64,000 nt of DNA, taken from assembly GCA_976551045.1 (NCBI GenBank), contig CDPCPM010000054.1, positions 38,068,001-38,132,000 of the forward strand. Direction: 5' to 3'. Under the pieces are notes generated by a model. The model saw only the letters and a program-made list of their open reading frames with translations. It made no database searches and was not told the DNA's origin. A program made the translations under genes and the position numbers. Shown here piece after piece: positions 49,241-60,784 of the stretch (positions within the stretch are counted from its first letter, which is position 1; the number at the start of each line of letters is the position of its first letter). Origin of the DNA: Glaucostegus cemiculus (taxonomy: Eukaryota).

Positions 49241-50477
49241 TCCAGCACCAGTTGCAATTTGCACTTCACTGGGGACTCCCAAACTTTGTTCCAACAGAGT
49301 ACATCAGTGGAATATGCAATTACAGAAACTAACAGAATAATATGCAGGGAATCTGTCCACTGAATCTGTACCAGGTGAAACCTGGTGCATGAAGGAATAA
49401 GAATGGCTGTGAAGATCAAAGGTATTGTCATTTATATTTTTGAAGCATTTGAGTTTATTTAAGAGAGTTTAAAAAAAAATATTTACAATGTTCCAAATTG
49501 TTCTTAAAAGTTTTAGTTTGGGGGTTTATAAAAATATTTTTGTAATTTAATTTGTTAAATTAATTTTTGATTGTTTTTGAATGTTGCTGAACTTCAGAGA
49601 TTGCAGTAAGATCCACCAATGTAATCAGGCTGACTTGTGAGCAAGGTAGGATTCATAAAGGTCAGTTTGTTCTGCCACAAACATGAGAAGCTTATCATTG
49701 GCTGGAGATTTGGCACAGTATATCAGTCTTCTAATGAGAAGTTGACTGCTGGCTGGAAGTTAGGTCCATTACTAGCTAATGAGAAAATGTTTTGCTTTGA
49801 AAATTCATACAGGTTGCAAACAACTTACTAACAGTCTTTGGGTTAATTAACTAATTGTACATATTTTCACTCCTTGCCACTTCTATTATCCTTGTTGTTT
49901 GACAATAATTTTCTTCTTTAATGTTTAGCTCATCCATAACTTGCTTTAAAAGTGGATTCATTGCAGAACAGATAATATTGAAATACAAGGTCAAATGAAG
50001 TCAGACATTTGCAAATGTGATACACAAGACTTCCTTTTTTTCTTCTTCTTCTACATATCAGCAATTTGAAATGTATTTAAGTCACTCCTTTAATTCAAAA
50101 CAAAGCCTATCTCAGCTTATGCGATAAGGTAATGTAATTGTCACCCAAAGGGAATCCAATTACCAAAAGCCTAAACCTAAGGCAACCGGGGCAGCTTGTA
50201 GCTGGAAACTCTGCTTTGAGACTCTGCAAACCTACACATGATGTATCTCTTTGTAATTTTGCTCTTTTTCTTCCTTGCTCTCAATGAGAAAGATAACAAA
50301 ATACACCAAAGAGTAGATTAATATAATCTACTGACTGCACAGTCAGTCACTCACACCACAACTGGCAGTTATCAACAACCTTATATGGATTGTTTAAATT
50401 ATTTCACTTACATAAATCTTAAATAGTAAGCTTTTCTGAGCTAATATAAAAATATAATGTTTTGTTTTTTCTATATA

Positions 50478-50782
50478 GGGCAGGCACAATAGTGTAGCGG
50501 TTAGCGTAACGTTATTACAGCGCCAGCGACCCGGGTTCAATTCCGGCCACTGTCTGCAAGGAGTTTGTACATTCTCCCAGTGACTGTGTGGGTTTCCTAC
50601 GGGTGCTCCGGTTTCCTCCCGCATTCCAAAAATGTACGGTTTAGGAAGATGTAGTCATGCTATGTTGGCACCGGAAAGCATGGCGACATTTGTGGGCTTC
50701 CCCCAGAAGACTCTACGCAAAAGATGGATTTCACAGTGTGTTTCCATGTACATGTGACTAATAAAGATATTTTACATTATCT
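50478..50782 (+). mobile_element. V-SINE subfamily A
   Basis: gggcaggcacaatagtgtagcggttagcgtaacg...gacccgggttcaattccggcc...gtacatgtgactaataaagata. Confidence 0.93.
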
Positions 50783-50783
50783 T

Positions 50784-51625
50784 TAGAGTCATAGAGCCCT
50801 TCATCCCATTTTGCCCATGCCAATCAAGGTGCTCATCCGAACTAGTCTCATTTGCCTGCACTAGCCCATATCCTCTGCACCTTTCTTATCCACGTACTTA
50901 TCCAAATGTCTTTTAAATGTTGTTTTTGTTCCTGCCTCAACCATTACCTCCGGTAGCTTATTCCGCGTACACACAACCCTCTTTTAAATCTTTCCCCTCT
51001 CACCTTAGACCCACGCCCTCTAGTTTTTGATTCCCTGTTCCTGGGAGAAAGACTGTATGCACTGACCCTATCTATGCCCCTCATGATTTTATACACCCCT
51101 ATAAGGTCACACCTCATTCTCCCACCCTGCAATAAAAAAAGTCCTAACTGCTCAAACTTACTCTGTCACTCAATCCTTCAAGTCGCAACAACGTCCTCGT
51201 AAATCTCCTCTGCACTCTTTCCAGCTTAATGACATTCTTCCTGTAGTAGTGTGATCAAAACTGAACACAGTCTTCCAAATGCAGCCTCACCGATGTCTTG
51301 TACAACTATAGTGTCCGTGCTCCTGAACTCATTGCCCTGATTGATGAAAGCCAGCATGCCAAATGTCTTCTTCACCACCCAAAGTACCTGTGATGCCATT
51401 TTCAGGAACTATGCACAGGTCCCTCTGTTTGACAATGCTTCCCAGGATCCTGCCATTCACTGTGAAAGCCCTACCTTGATTTGACTAACCAAACTGCAAT
51501 ACCTCGCACTTATCTAAATTGAATGACATTTGCCATTCTTCAGCCCATTCACTTAGCTGATTAAGATCCCCCTGTGATGTTTGATAACCTTCTTCGCTGC
51601 CTGCAATACCACCCAACATACACCT
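50784..51625 (-). mobile_element. CR1 3' fragment
   Basis: ORFs 50944..51132 and 51485..51766 (WAEEWQMSFNLDKCEVLQFG). Confidence 0.9.
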
Positions 51626-51704
51626 GTGATCCATGGTGCTTTCAGAAGACCTCCACTGCACTTTCTTGAAAATGCAAAAAGTCACCAGTTTTACCAACAG
51701 CACA

Positions 51705-52830
51705 CACTTACATGGAATATATGGTGACGAAAAAAGCCACTTGGTCCAATTAGTCCTTGATGGCAATTATCCTCCACAGAAAGCCTCCTCCTATGCTTCA
51801 CTAGAATCTCCTCCCTATTCCCTCAGTTAAATCTATCAGTACAGTCCTCTGCTCTCTTCTCTCCAACAATGCTTTCTCAGCCTCCTCTTAAATGAATGCA
51901 TACTCTGTACTTCAACCACACTCTGTGGTAGCAAATTCTGCATCGTCAACACTAATAGGGTAAGAAAGTTACCTTTGAATTCTCTATTGGATTTCTTGGT
52001 GACTATCAATATAAGCAAGGAACAAACTGCAGGAGGAAGCCAGCAGATCAGACAGCTTCTGTGGAGAGAAAAATATAGTTGATATTTCGGGTTGAGACCC
52101 CTTATCTAGTCCAGATGAAGGGTCTCAACCTGAACTGTTGACTGTCCATTTCCCTCCAAAGATGCTGCCTGACCTATTGAGTTCCTCCAGCAGTCTTTTA
52201 TTTTGCCCCAGATTCTAGCACCTGCAGTCTCTTGTGTCTCCATCAATAGACTGTGAGCATCTAGTTATGCTTTTTTTCAGAACATTCCATCAAAACCTTT
52301 CATAATTTTAAATGCCTCTATTAAATCATTCCTCAGGTCTTTTTTCCACTGTCTGTTCATCCTTTCCTGAAACATATACTGTCACACTTTTGATATCATC
52401 CTTCTAAATCTCCTCTGCATACTCTCCAATGCCTCTTTGCTCGTTTTAAGATAGTGTGACCAGAGTGACATGCAGTATTCAAAATGCACCCTGACCAAGG
52501 ATCAAAGCAGGTTATGGATTATTTCCCTGCTGCCATTTCTTTCTGTCTGGAAATAAACTGAGTACTGAGGTTGATTTCTTCTGAAGGCCTTGCTAACTTG
52601 TGGTGGAAATTTTAGTGATTGGTGCATTTGTACTCCAAGATCTCTTTGTTCCTCAATCCCACCTAATTGCTCATTTTCCAGGTAATGTGGCCTCTTTATT
52701 GCCTTTACAAAATGTACTACTTCACATTTATCCTATTGAACTACAGCTACCAATTTTCTTCCCATTCTGCATCTATCTGAGAGATCTTTGCCAGTCTCTG
52801 GTATTTTCTATGTTCATTGTACAATTATAG
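51705..52830 (-). mobile_element. Old CR1 fragment interrupted by a Penelope-like palindrome
   Basis: ORF 51836 LPQSVVEVQSMHSFKRRL; ctctgcatactctccaatgcc, gtgaccagagtgacatgcagtattcaa. Confidence 0.7.
52018..52241. mobile_element. Penelope-like remnant, inverted palindrome
   Basis: tttcgggttgagacccc.tatct / cagatgaagggtctcaacctgaa, centred at ~52110; ends ctgcagtctcttgtgtctcc. Confidence 0.8.
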
Positions 52831-52939
52831 GTGTCCATGCCTTCAGCTGTCTTGGCTCTAAATGCTGGAATTCCATCTCTAAACCCCTCCATCTCCATTC
52901 TTTCCTTTAGACACACCTCAAAGGCTCCTGTTTCGATCT

Positions 52940-53106
52940 CTCGACTTTATACTGGCCATCTCCTGTCTCCACTCTCAGTCCTGATGCAGGGTTTCGACCC
53001 AAAATGTCGATGATTCCTTTCCTGCCACAGATGCTGCTCAACCCACTGAGTTCCTCCAGCAGATAATTACCCCAGATTCCACCATCTGCAGTCTATTGTA
53101 TCTCCT
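52940..53106 (+). mobile_element. Penelope-like remnant with hammerhead-like core
   Basis: ctcagtcCTGATGcagggtttcgacccaaaatgtcga...gatgctgctcaacccactgagttcctccagc. Confidence 0.78.
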
Positions 53107-53244
53107 TAAAATGAGCCTTGACCTCTGTCAATATCTACTTCCATGTCTTAAACCAAATTTTAATCAATACTGCTTCTGTGAAGATCTTGGGATATTTTCA
53201 TACATTAAAGGCACGGTGTAAGTGTTAATTGTCAATTAAATGTT

Positions 53245-53411
53245 AATTGTCGACGTTTCGGGTTGAAACCCTGCATCAGGACCTGATGCAGAGTTTCAGC
53301 CTGAAACATTGACAATTCCTTTCCTCCCATAGATGCTGCATGACCCACTAAGTTCCACCAGCAGATTGTTTGTTGCTCCAGATACAGCCTCTGCAGTCTC
53401 TTGTGTCTCCA
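53245..53411. mobile_element. Penelope-like remnant, inverted palindrome centred at 53281
   Basis: aattgtcgacgtttcgggttgaaaccctgcatcagg|a|cctgatgcagagtttcagcctgaaacattgacaatt. Confidence 0.85.
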
Positions 53412-53556
53412 GAGAAATAAAAGGACCTTTAAAAGCAAAACAATAAACAGAAAGCAATACACATCCTTGGGATCAAGAAACAGAACACAATTAATACATA
53501 ATTAGACTACTGCTGAAAACTAGTCCACTTCTGCTGGAAACCAATATAAAAAAAGG

Positions 53557-53728
53557 CCGTGTCTGCGTGGGTTTCCTCCAGGTGCTCCGGTTTCCTCCCA
53601 CATTCTGAAAGACATATGGGTAGGTTAATTTGGGGGTTTAAAATGGGCGGCGTGGACTCAGAGAGCCGAAAGGGCCTGTTACCACGCTGTAAAATAAAAT
53701 AAATAAATAATAAAATAAATAAAATGAA
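53557..53728 (+). mobile_element. 5'-truncated V-SINE subfamily B
   Basis: V-domain, gccgaaagggcctgttaccacgctg, (taaaa)n. Confidence 0.88.
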
Positions 53729-54792
53729 ATAGGCTAGTGAATGAAAGTATTAAGAAAGGGGAATTCACATAGGCTGAGGTATAACCTCTGAACCTTACAA
53801 TGTCGGACGTTTTGCCATGTTATTGTACTGGGTCCATAGGAAGTTGGTTGACATCTGCCAGTGGATGTACTCTCTTATCAATGCTTAATGGATAATATAA
53901 ATCCATTTTAATTTTATATGGACAAAAACTATCTTCTCTTACCAACATAAATGTAAAGCTGATTTACTGCTCTTTATAAAATCTTCCAATCTTTTGCTAA
54001 ATCTGCAGCACATTTCACATTGTCTCCCTTGATGTTTCCCACTTCCTTTCTAAATTTGCGAAGTGGCAGAAAGTTAGAAGCAAGAAACAAAATTCTTCCA
54101 TAATGATTTGGTCCTTTTTACAAACGGAGGGACAAAAGTCACACTGTTCATTATATAGCATGACATTGTAAGTGCATACCTTAAGAACATTGTGCTATAA
54201 ATTTGCATAGATCTTCCCCTTCAATAGTAACAAATATAGTTGCATAAAACATTCCGTCAACTCTCTCAGTATGTGTGAAGGAAAAGAATAATATGTCATA
54301 TGTAAACCCAAAACAATCACCAGTTTTTCTCTTTACACACACTGACAGATCTGATGCATATTTCCGGCATTTGCAATTTTTTAATATTCTGGTATTGTCA
54401 GTACGACAGGAGCTGTGGAAGAAACTATGGAAAGCTACTTTAATATTTCAGGACCAACTGCTGACAAGTGAATTTAATTTTGAAGCAAGGAAATGATATG
54501 CTTAATGCAGAAAATTATTAAAAAGTTGGGGTGAAAAGTACTGAGAAGATCTAGAACACTCTTGCCTGCACATACTGATCATGGAAGAGAATTCCTTCAG
54601 GAACTCACAAGAAGCAAGAGAAGCAGGGGTACGCCAAAGACCAATGCCAATATTGGGAGTCTCGACTCTTAAACAGCTGGTTAAACCAAATCAGCCAATG
54701 TATCCAAAAGGAGCAGCAGCCCTGACATTGGTGGAATTGTGGCCTTTCTTGGGGCATAGACCTGTGTCCTTTCAAGCACACTTTTGTTTTTA

Positions 54793-56297
54793 ACATAGTA
54801 CGTAGAACAGCACAGTAGAAGCTCACAATGTTGTGCCGACATTTTATCCTGTTCTAAGATCTACCTAACCCTTCCATCCCACATAGCCCTCCACTTTTCT
54901 ATCATTCATGTGTCTATCTCTCTTATTGGTATTGCTTTATTATTGTTACTTGTACTGCGATACAGTTCAAAACTTGTCTTGCATACTGATCATACAGGTC
55001 AATTCATTACACAGTGCAGTTACACTGAGTTAGTACAAAGTGCATTGAGGTAGCATAGGGAAAAACAATAACAGTACAGAGTAAAGTGTCACAGCTACAG
55101 AGAAAGTGCAGTGCAGGTAGACAATAAGGTGCAAGGTCACAAGGTAGATCGTGAGGTCAGAGTCCATCTCATTGTATAAGGGAACCGTTTAAAAGTCTTA
55201 TCACAGTGGGATAGAAGCTGTCCTTAAGTCTGGTGGTATGTGCCCTCAGGCTCCTGTATCTTCTACCTGATTGAAGAGGAGAGAAGAGAGGATGACCCCA
55301 GAGGATGGGGTCTTTGATTATGCCGGCTGCTTCATCAAGGCAGCAAGTGGTAAAGACAGAGTCCAAGGAGGGGAGGTTGGTGTCCGTGATGTGCTGAGCT
55401 GTGTCCACAACTCTCTGCAGTTTCTTGCAGTCCCAGGTAAGCAGTTGGCACACCAAGCAGTGATGCATCCAGATAGGATGCTTTCTGTGGTGCATCAACA
55501 AAAGTTGGTGAGTGTCAAAGAGGACAAACCAAATTTCTTTAGCCTCCTGAGGAAGTAGAGGTGCTGGTGAGCATTCGTGGTCATGGCATCTATGGGATTT
55601 GACCAGGACAGGCAGCTGGTGATGTTCACAGTGATACAACGGTGGTATCATCTGCAGACTTGCAGATGGAGTTAGAGCAGAATTTGGCCACAACAGTCAT
55701 GAGTTATAGGGAGTAGAGAGCTGAGTATGCAGCCTTGTCCTTTGTCTTAAATAGCCCTAATGTATCTACCTCCACCACCTCTGCCGGCAGTGTGTTCCAC
55801 GCACCCACCACTCTCTGTGTAAAAAACTTACCTCCAACATCCCCCCATACCTTCCTCCAATCACCTTAAAATTATGTCCCCTTGTGTTAGCCATTGTCGC
55901 CCTGGAAAGAAGTCTCTGACTGTCCACTCGATCTATGCCTCTTGTCATCTTGTACACCTCTGTCAAAGAGAAAAACCCCAGCTCGCTCAGCCTACCCTCA
56001 GAAGACATGCTCTCCAATCCAGGCAGCATCCTGGTAAATCTCCTCTGCACCCTCTCTAAAGCTTCCACATCCTTCCTATAATGAGGTGACCAGAACTGAA
56101 CACAATAGTCCAAGTGTGGTCTAACCAGAGTTTTATAGAGCTGCAACGTTACCTTACAGCTCTTGAACTCAATACCCTGACTAATGAAGGCCAACACACC
56201 ATACACTTTCTTAACAATCCTATCGACCTGCGCGTCAACCTTGAGGGATCTATGGACATGGACCCCAAGATCCCTCTGTTCCTCCACACTGCCAACA
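54793..56297 (-). mobile_element. CR1 3' fragment split by a Rex1/Babar insertion
   Basis: ORF 55766..56314 (RPHLDYCVQFWSPHYRKDV); its tail lies at 54793-54920. Confidence 0.92.
54924..55737 (-). mobile_element. Rex1/Babar-type LINE 3' fragment
   Basis: ORF 55169..55693 KKLQRVVDTAQHIT...IIKDP..GHPLFSPLQSGRRYRSL...SFYPTVIRLLN. Confidence 0.88.
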
Positions 56298-56334
56298 AAT
56301 GAAGGCCAACACATCTTCCTTTGTTAACACTAAG

Positions 56335-56639
56335 AGATGCTAGGTGCACAGAAATGCACCAGCACTTTAAATGCCTGACACCAGCCCGTTCACTTTAATA
56401 ACTATTTATTTACCGTCCATTTTTAATTTAATCTGCTTACTAATTTAATTTTAACTTCCGTAGCTTTTAATGTCTAATATTTTGTAATGTTTATTCTGTC
56501 AAGTGTGTATGTGTGTCTCTGTTGGTTGTTATGTTATTTTATGGGACGAGCACCTGAGGAGGACGGTATCTCGTTCCTATGCATACTATGTATGTATATG
56601 GTTGTGACAATAAAAACTGATTCTGATTCTGATTCTGAT
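56335..56639 (+). mobile_element. Unclassified retroposon 3' end with (TTCTGA)n tail, inserted in a CR1 fragment
   Basis: gtgacaataaaaactgattctgattctgattctga; CR1 sequence on both sides (56298-56315, 56640-56745). Confidence 0.55.
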
Positions 56640-56924
56640 ATGCCTTCTTAACAACCCTAACAATCTGCGTGGCAGCTTTGAGGGATCTATGGACGAGGAG
56701 CCCAAGATCCTTCTGTTCCATCACACTGTTAAGAGTCCTGCCTTTAACCTTTTTACTTTAAAATTAAGAGCAAAGAGGAAGAGACAAAGGTGTAGAGGAA
56801 GACTCAACCTTCCAGGTGCTGTAGGTACCAGATATTCATTGCAGGGTGCCAGCACAGGAGCTTTCCAGAGCTATTGAGCAGCTTTTTATCTGCAGTGCCT
56901 AAGTAGTAATCTGATGGTGCATAT

Positions 56925-57560
56925 AGGATTTTCATTTATCTCTTTTAAGGTAGAAGATGTCCCTAGGTGCCTCACAGAAGCATAATTGGGCAAAGATTGA
57001 CATTGAACCAAAAATGTAAACATTAGGTAGGCTGAGTAAAGCTAGGACAAAGCACCACATTTCAAGGAGCATTTTAAAGGCAGTATAAAGACATTTCAAG
57101 AAGAAATTCCACAGCAGGGTCGAAAGAAAAAACTGCTTGAAGTGATGTTTTAAGAAATGTAGAATGTGCAAGGTTCAGGGTGGGTAGGTAAGATTTCTTC
57201 ATGGGATGTAGCATCGTAGAAGGTGGGAAATATGTCAGGCAAGGAAGGGACTGAAAACAATGAGGAAAATTTTGAAATGAATGCATTAATCGAGGAGCCG
57301 TCAATGCAGAGGAGCAAGAAAGAGGACAGAGTGGGTCCGATGGCTTTGCTGCTGACCAGGAAGTATGTGCAGAATCATCAAAGAATTGTAGTTTCTGCAG
57401 GGGGAAGATGAGAGATAAGATGCAAGCACTTGAAAAAGTCAGTGATGGGAAAAAAAACAAAAACAGAGATGAGAGTTTCTGCCTCAGGTGGGCTGAAGCT
57501 GGGCAGAGACTGTAATATTACAGAGCAGGAAGCTGGCAGTCTTTTTGATGGAGAATGAAT
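56925..57560 (-). mobile_element. L2-like LINE 3' remnant
   Basis: gatgtccctaggtgcctcacag...gaaattccacagc; similar to 20450-20900. Confidence 0.55.
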
Positions 57561-57699
57561 GGATTCAGAAACAAAAAAACACAAATAGGAAATGCCAGAG
57601 AAGCTCAGTAGGTCAGGCAGCATAAGGAGTCAAAAGCTCAGCTCAGGGTCTGCCAAGCCACTGAACCATTGTGTCTCAGTGGTGAGATTATGAACTTTG

Positions 57700-58040
57700 T
57701 TGCACTATGGTGCAGCAGGGAGGCATATCGGTGCAATAGTTAATGTTGTTGCCCCAGGGACTCAGGCAGCACCTGAGGTGAGGATTAAACCTATGTGGAG
57801 TTTGCATGTTCTCCCTTGCGAGTGCACAGGTTTATGCCAGGCACTCCCACATCCCAAAGATGTGCTGGTAGGTCAATTGGCTACTGTAAATTACCCCTAA
57901 TGTACGTAAGTGGCAAAAAGAAAAGGGGAATTGATGGACACGTGAGAGAGAATTAAGTTGCATGGGTGGTGGGAAATAAGGACAAGGGAAATGCTTGTTT
58001 GTTGGAAGTTGGCATGGGCCAAATGGCCTCCTTATGAGTT
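57700..58040 (+). mobile_element. Decayed HE1-type V-SINE (subfamily C)
   Basis: tgtggagtttgcatgttctccc...ctcccacatcccaaagatgtg...attggctactgtaaattacccct. Confidence 0.75.
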
Positions 58041-59179
58041 ATAATAAAGACAGGTGAAGACTGTAGATGGACAGTGCTTAAACTAGTGTACAATAACCTC
58101 TTGAACTAAATGGAGGACTCTGCCACATTGTTCAATATATGATAGGAATTTCATTATTTGAGAACAACATTCTGAGACCAGCAAGGTTCCATGGAGACCC
58201 TTTAACTTGCATTGGAGGTCAAATAAATATTTCTTGGGAAGTTTAACTTACTTGGTAGCGTTCCATAAAATGCGCTCTGGCCACCCCAAGGAAGTTTCTA
58301 AGAATCTCCTAAGTTTGCTCTGAAAATGTTTCACATTCATTTAAATCCTCTGCAGTAATTCATATATCTACCAAGAACATTTGTGCTTGTCTTAGGATTG
58401 CTCAAGGACTTGGATGGATTTGCACAATTGAGTGAATTGTCACAGTACATCTCTTCTTTTACATTTGGATTTGTTACAGTTTGATACTGACTTAACAGTG
58501 TTTAGTTTTGTCAGAATCCACAACCAGCTATTGTGTGAAAAGGCATTTTTGACAATGATTCTTTTTTGTTTTTGGTATTACAAGCACTGGAACTACTAAG
58601 AAATTATGTTGACTATAATAGAATATATTGAGTTACCTGTGCACATATTTAATGCAACAGCAAAAGTCAATCAGTAGCCTTAAACTAATTATGAAGCTCA
58701 AGTGTGTGTGATTGACTGGAGAGTTTTTACATTTTAATTTCTGTTCCTCCATATCTTGCACACAATCATGGTGGAGACATATGGGTAGAGACAGAACAAT
58801 GAGGGTTAAAACTTAATGGTGCACAACAGGCTAGCATTCACATTGTTTGAAGACTAAGTTATTGTAAATCACTGAACTGATCTTGCATGAGGAAAGACAT
58901 TATCTTCACTATTGTGGAGCACATAAAGGAAATCAGATAAGCTCTGGGTTGGCTTCAGGAGGAAGGGAGTCCAGGTTTTGGTGGAGAGTTGAAGGCTGGA
59001 AGAGGCAGGGTATGGTCGGCATGACATTTGTCCGCAAGAGATTGTGGAGGTGGTTGAATGGCAGCTTGTCACCCAAGAGAGAAGGGCAGCGGATCAGCAA
59101 CTGGAAGTGTAGATGCCAGATCAGAATTGTCAGGGTGGGAACTGGCTATTAAGGTCAGGGAATTGGGATGGGTAAAAGT

Positions 59180-59745
59180 TATAGACCAGAATCAGGCCAT
59201 TCGGCCCATCGAATCTGCTCCACCGTGCAATCATGACTGATTTTTTTTTTCTCAACCCCACTCTCCCACCTTCTGCCCGTAACCCTTAACCCCCTTACCA
59301 TTCAAGGACTGATCAACCTCTGCCTTAATATACTTCCAATGACTTGATCGCCACAGATAAGATAAGATAGATAAGATCTTTATTAGTCACATGTATATCA
59401 AAACACAATGAAATACATCTTTTGCATAGTGATTTTTGGGGGGCAGCCTGCAAGTGTCGCCACGCTTCTGGTGCCAACATAGCATGCCCATAACTTCCTA
59501 ACCTGTATGTCTTTGGAAAGTGGGAGCAAACAGGAACCCACACAGACACGGGGAGAACGTACAAACTCCTTACAGACAGTGGCCGGATTTGAACCCAGCT
59601 TGCTGGCTCTGTAGAGCATTGTGCTAACTCTATGCTACCATGCCATCCTCATGGCAATGAATTCGACAGATTCACCATCCTCTGGCTGAAGAAATTTCTC
59701 CTTATCTCAGTTCTAAAGGGATGTCCCTTTATTCTGAGGCTGTTC
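59180..59745 (-). mobile_element. CR1 3' end interrupted by a SINE
   Basis: aggccattcggcccatcgaatctgctccacc...; ttcaccatcctctggctgaagaaatttctcc. Confidence 0.85.
59355..59645 (-). mobile_element. V-SINE subfamily A
   Basis: (agata)n tail, tttattagtcacatgta, acaaactccttacagacagtggccgga. Confidence 0.9.
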
Positions 59746-59929
59746 CCTGGATCTGGAATTGGTGAGCATGTGGGGTCACGACCCAGGGAAGGCGGTGAGA
59801 GGCTAGAGAGAGAGTTGAGTAAGTGTAATACAGGTTCTCTGTACAGGGTCAGGAACTACAGAGGCAGGACTCTTTTAGTTAACGCTTAATCAGGTCTCAG
59901 GCTTCACTGAAGCTGGGTGGTCCATCTGC

Positions 59930-60275
59930 TTTTATTCTTCTTCTTATTTTTTTGTGGTTGTTTAATGCAACCATTAATCTGCTGTGCCACATCGGAGAAA
60001 AATTAGTTTTCAACCACATTGCTACTCTCTGGAGTCACATTTATGCCACTCTGGGTAATGATGGCAGACACCTTTCCCCAAAGGACGACTGGGAACAAAC
60101 TCAGTTTTCACTAGAATCCAGTAGTTTCATGATTACGTTACTGTTATTAGCTATTTAATTTATTTAGTTCAAGGAATTTAAATTCTTCATTTGCCTTGGT
60201 GGGATTTGAAACCTTGTCTCTGGATCATTAGTCTAAGCACTACATTTCTAGTGCAGTACCATAACGGCAATGCAA
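59930..60275 (-). mobile_element. tRNA-type SINE (second family)
   Basis: ctggagtcacat...gtagtttcatg...ggtgggatttgaacc...ctggatcattagtc. Confidence 0.7.
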
Positions 60276-60283
60276 CTATTCCC

Positions 60284-60393
60284 TAATCCCATTGGGTGTT
60301 GAGGCCTTGAATGGATCAGCCATGATCTTATTGAATGGTGAAGAGGTCTCGAGGGACACATTGACCTCCTCCTGCTCCTGTCTCTTATGTCCT
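60284..60393 (+). mobile_element. CR1 3' tip
   Basis: gatcagccatgatcttattgaatggtg...cctcctcctgctcct. Confidence 0.75.
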
Positions 60394-60784
60394 AATCCAA
60401 TTAGAGCAAAGCCTGTTTGGGAAATGCTGATATAAGGACTCAGTGACCAATTACTGTCCTTATATGGCATCCTCAAATCTAACACTTAGACCTGACATAG
60501 GAAAGGATGTCTGAATTAATTGTTCTCATTACCCAATCAAATAACCAAAAATACAGCGCCATTCCAGTTCAAAATAGTTGACACATCTGTGAAAAAAACA
60601 GCTCAGCTTTCCTGATGCCTGGAAAGAGGCAGTTTCTTTTTCCAATAGAATTCAAAGTTAATTCAAATTTTTGAAGATTAATTTATACTAAGTCAAGGAG
60701 TGTGTGCGGGGGGAGATAGTCATCAAATTATCCAATGAGCAGGAACTATTGTCTTTTAATTTCAAACAAGCAATTCAAACGAGA

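Noticed and set aside
50062-50128. Plus-strand segment with strong acceptor and AG|GTAAT donor
   Set aside because: All three frames contain stops; a non-coding exon cannot be supported without RNA data.
50478-50550. tRNA genes at SINE heads
   Set aside because: The A/B-box-like motifs run into the V-domain and a LINE tail, and no complete cloverleaf is evident.
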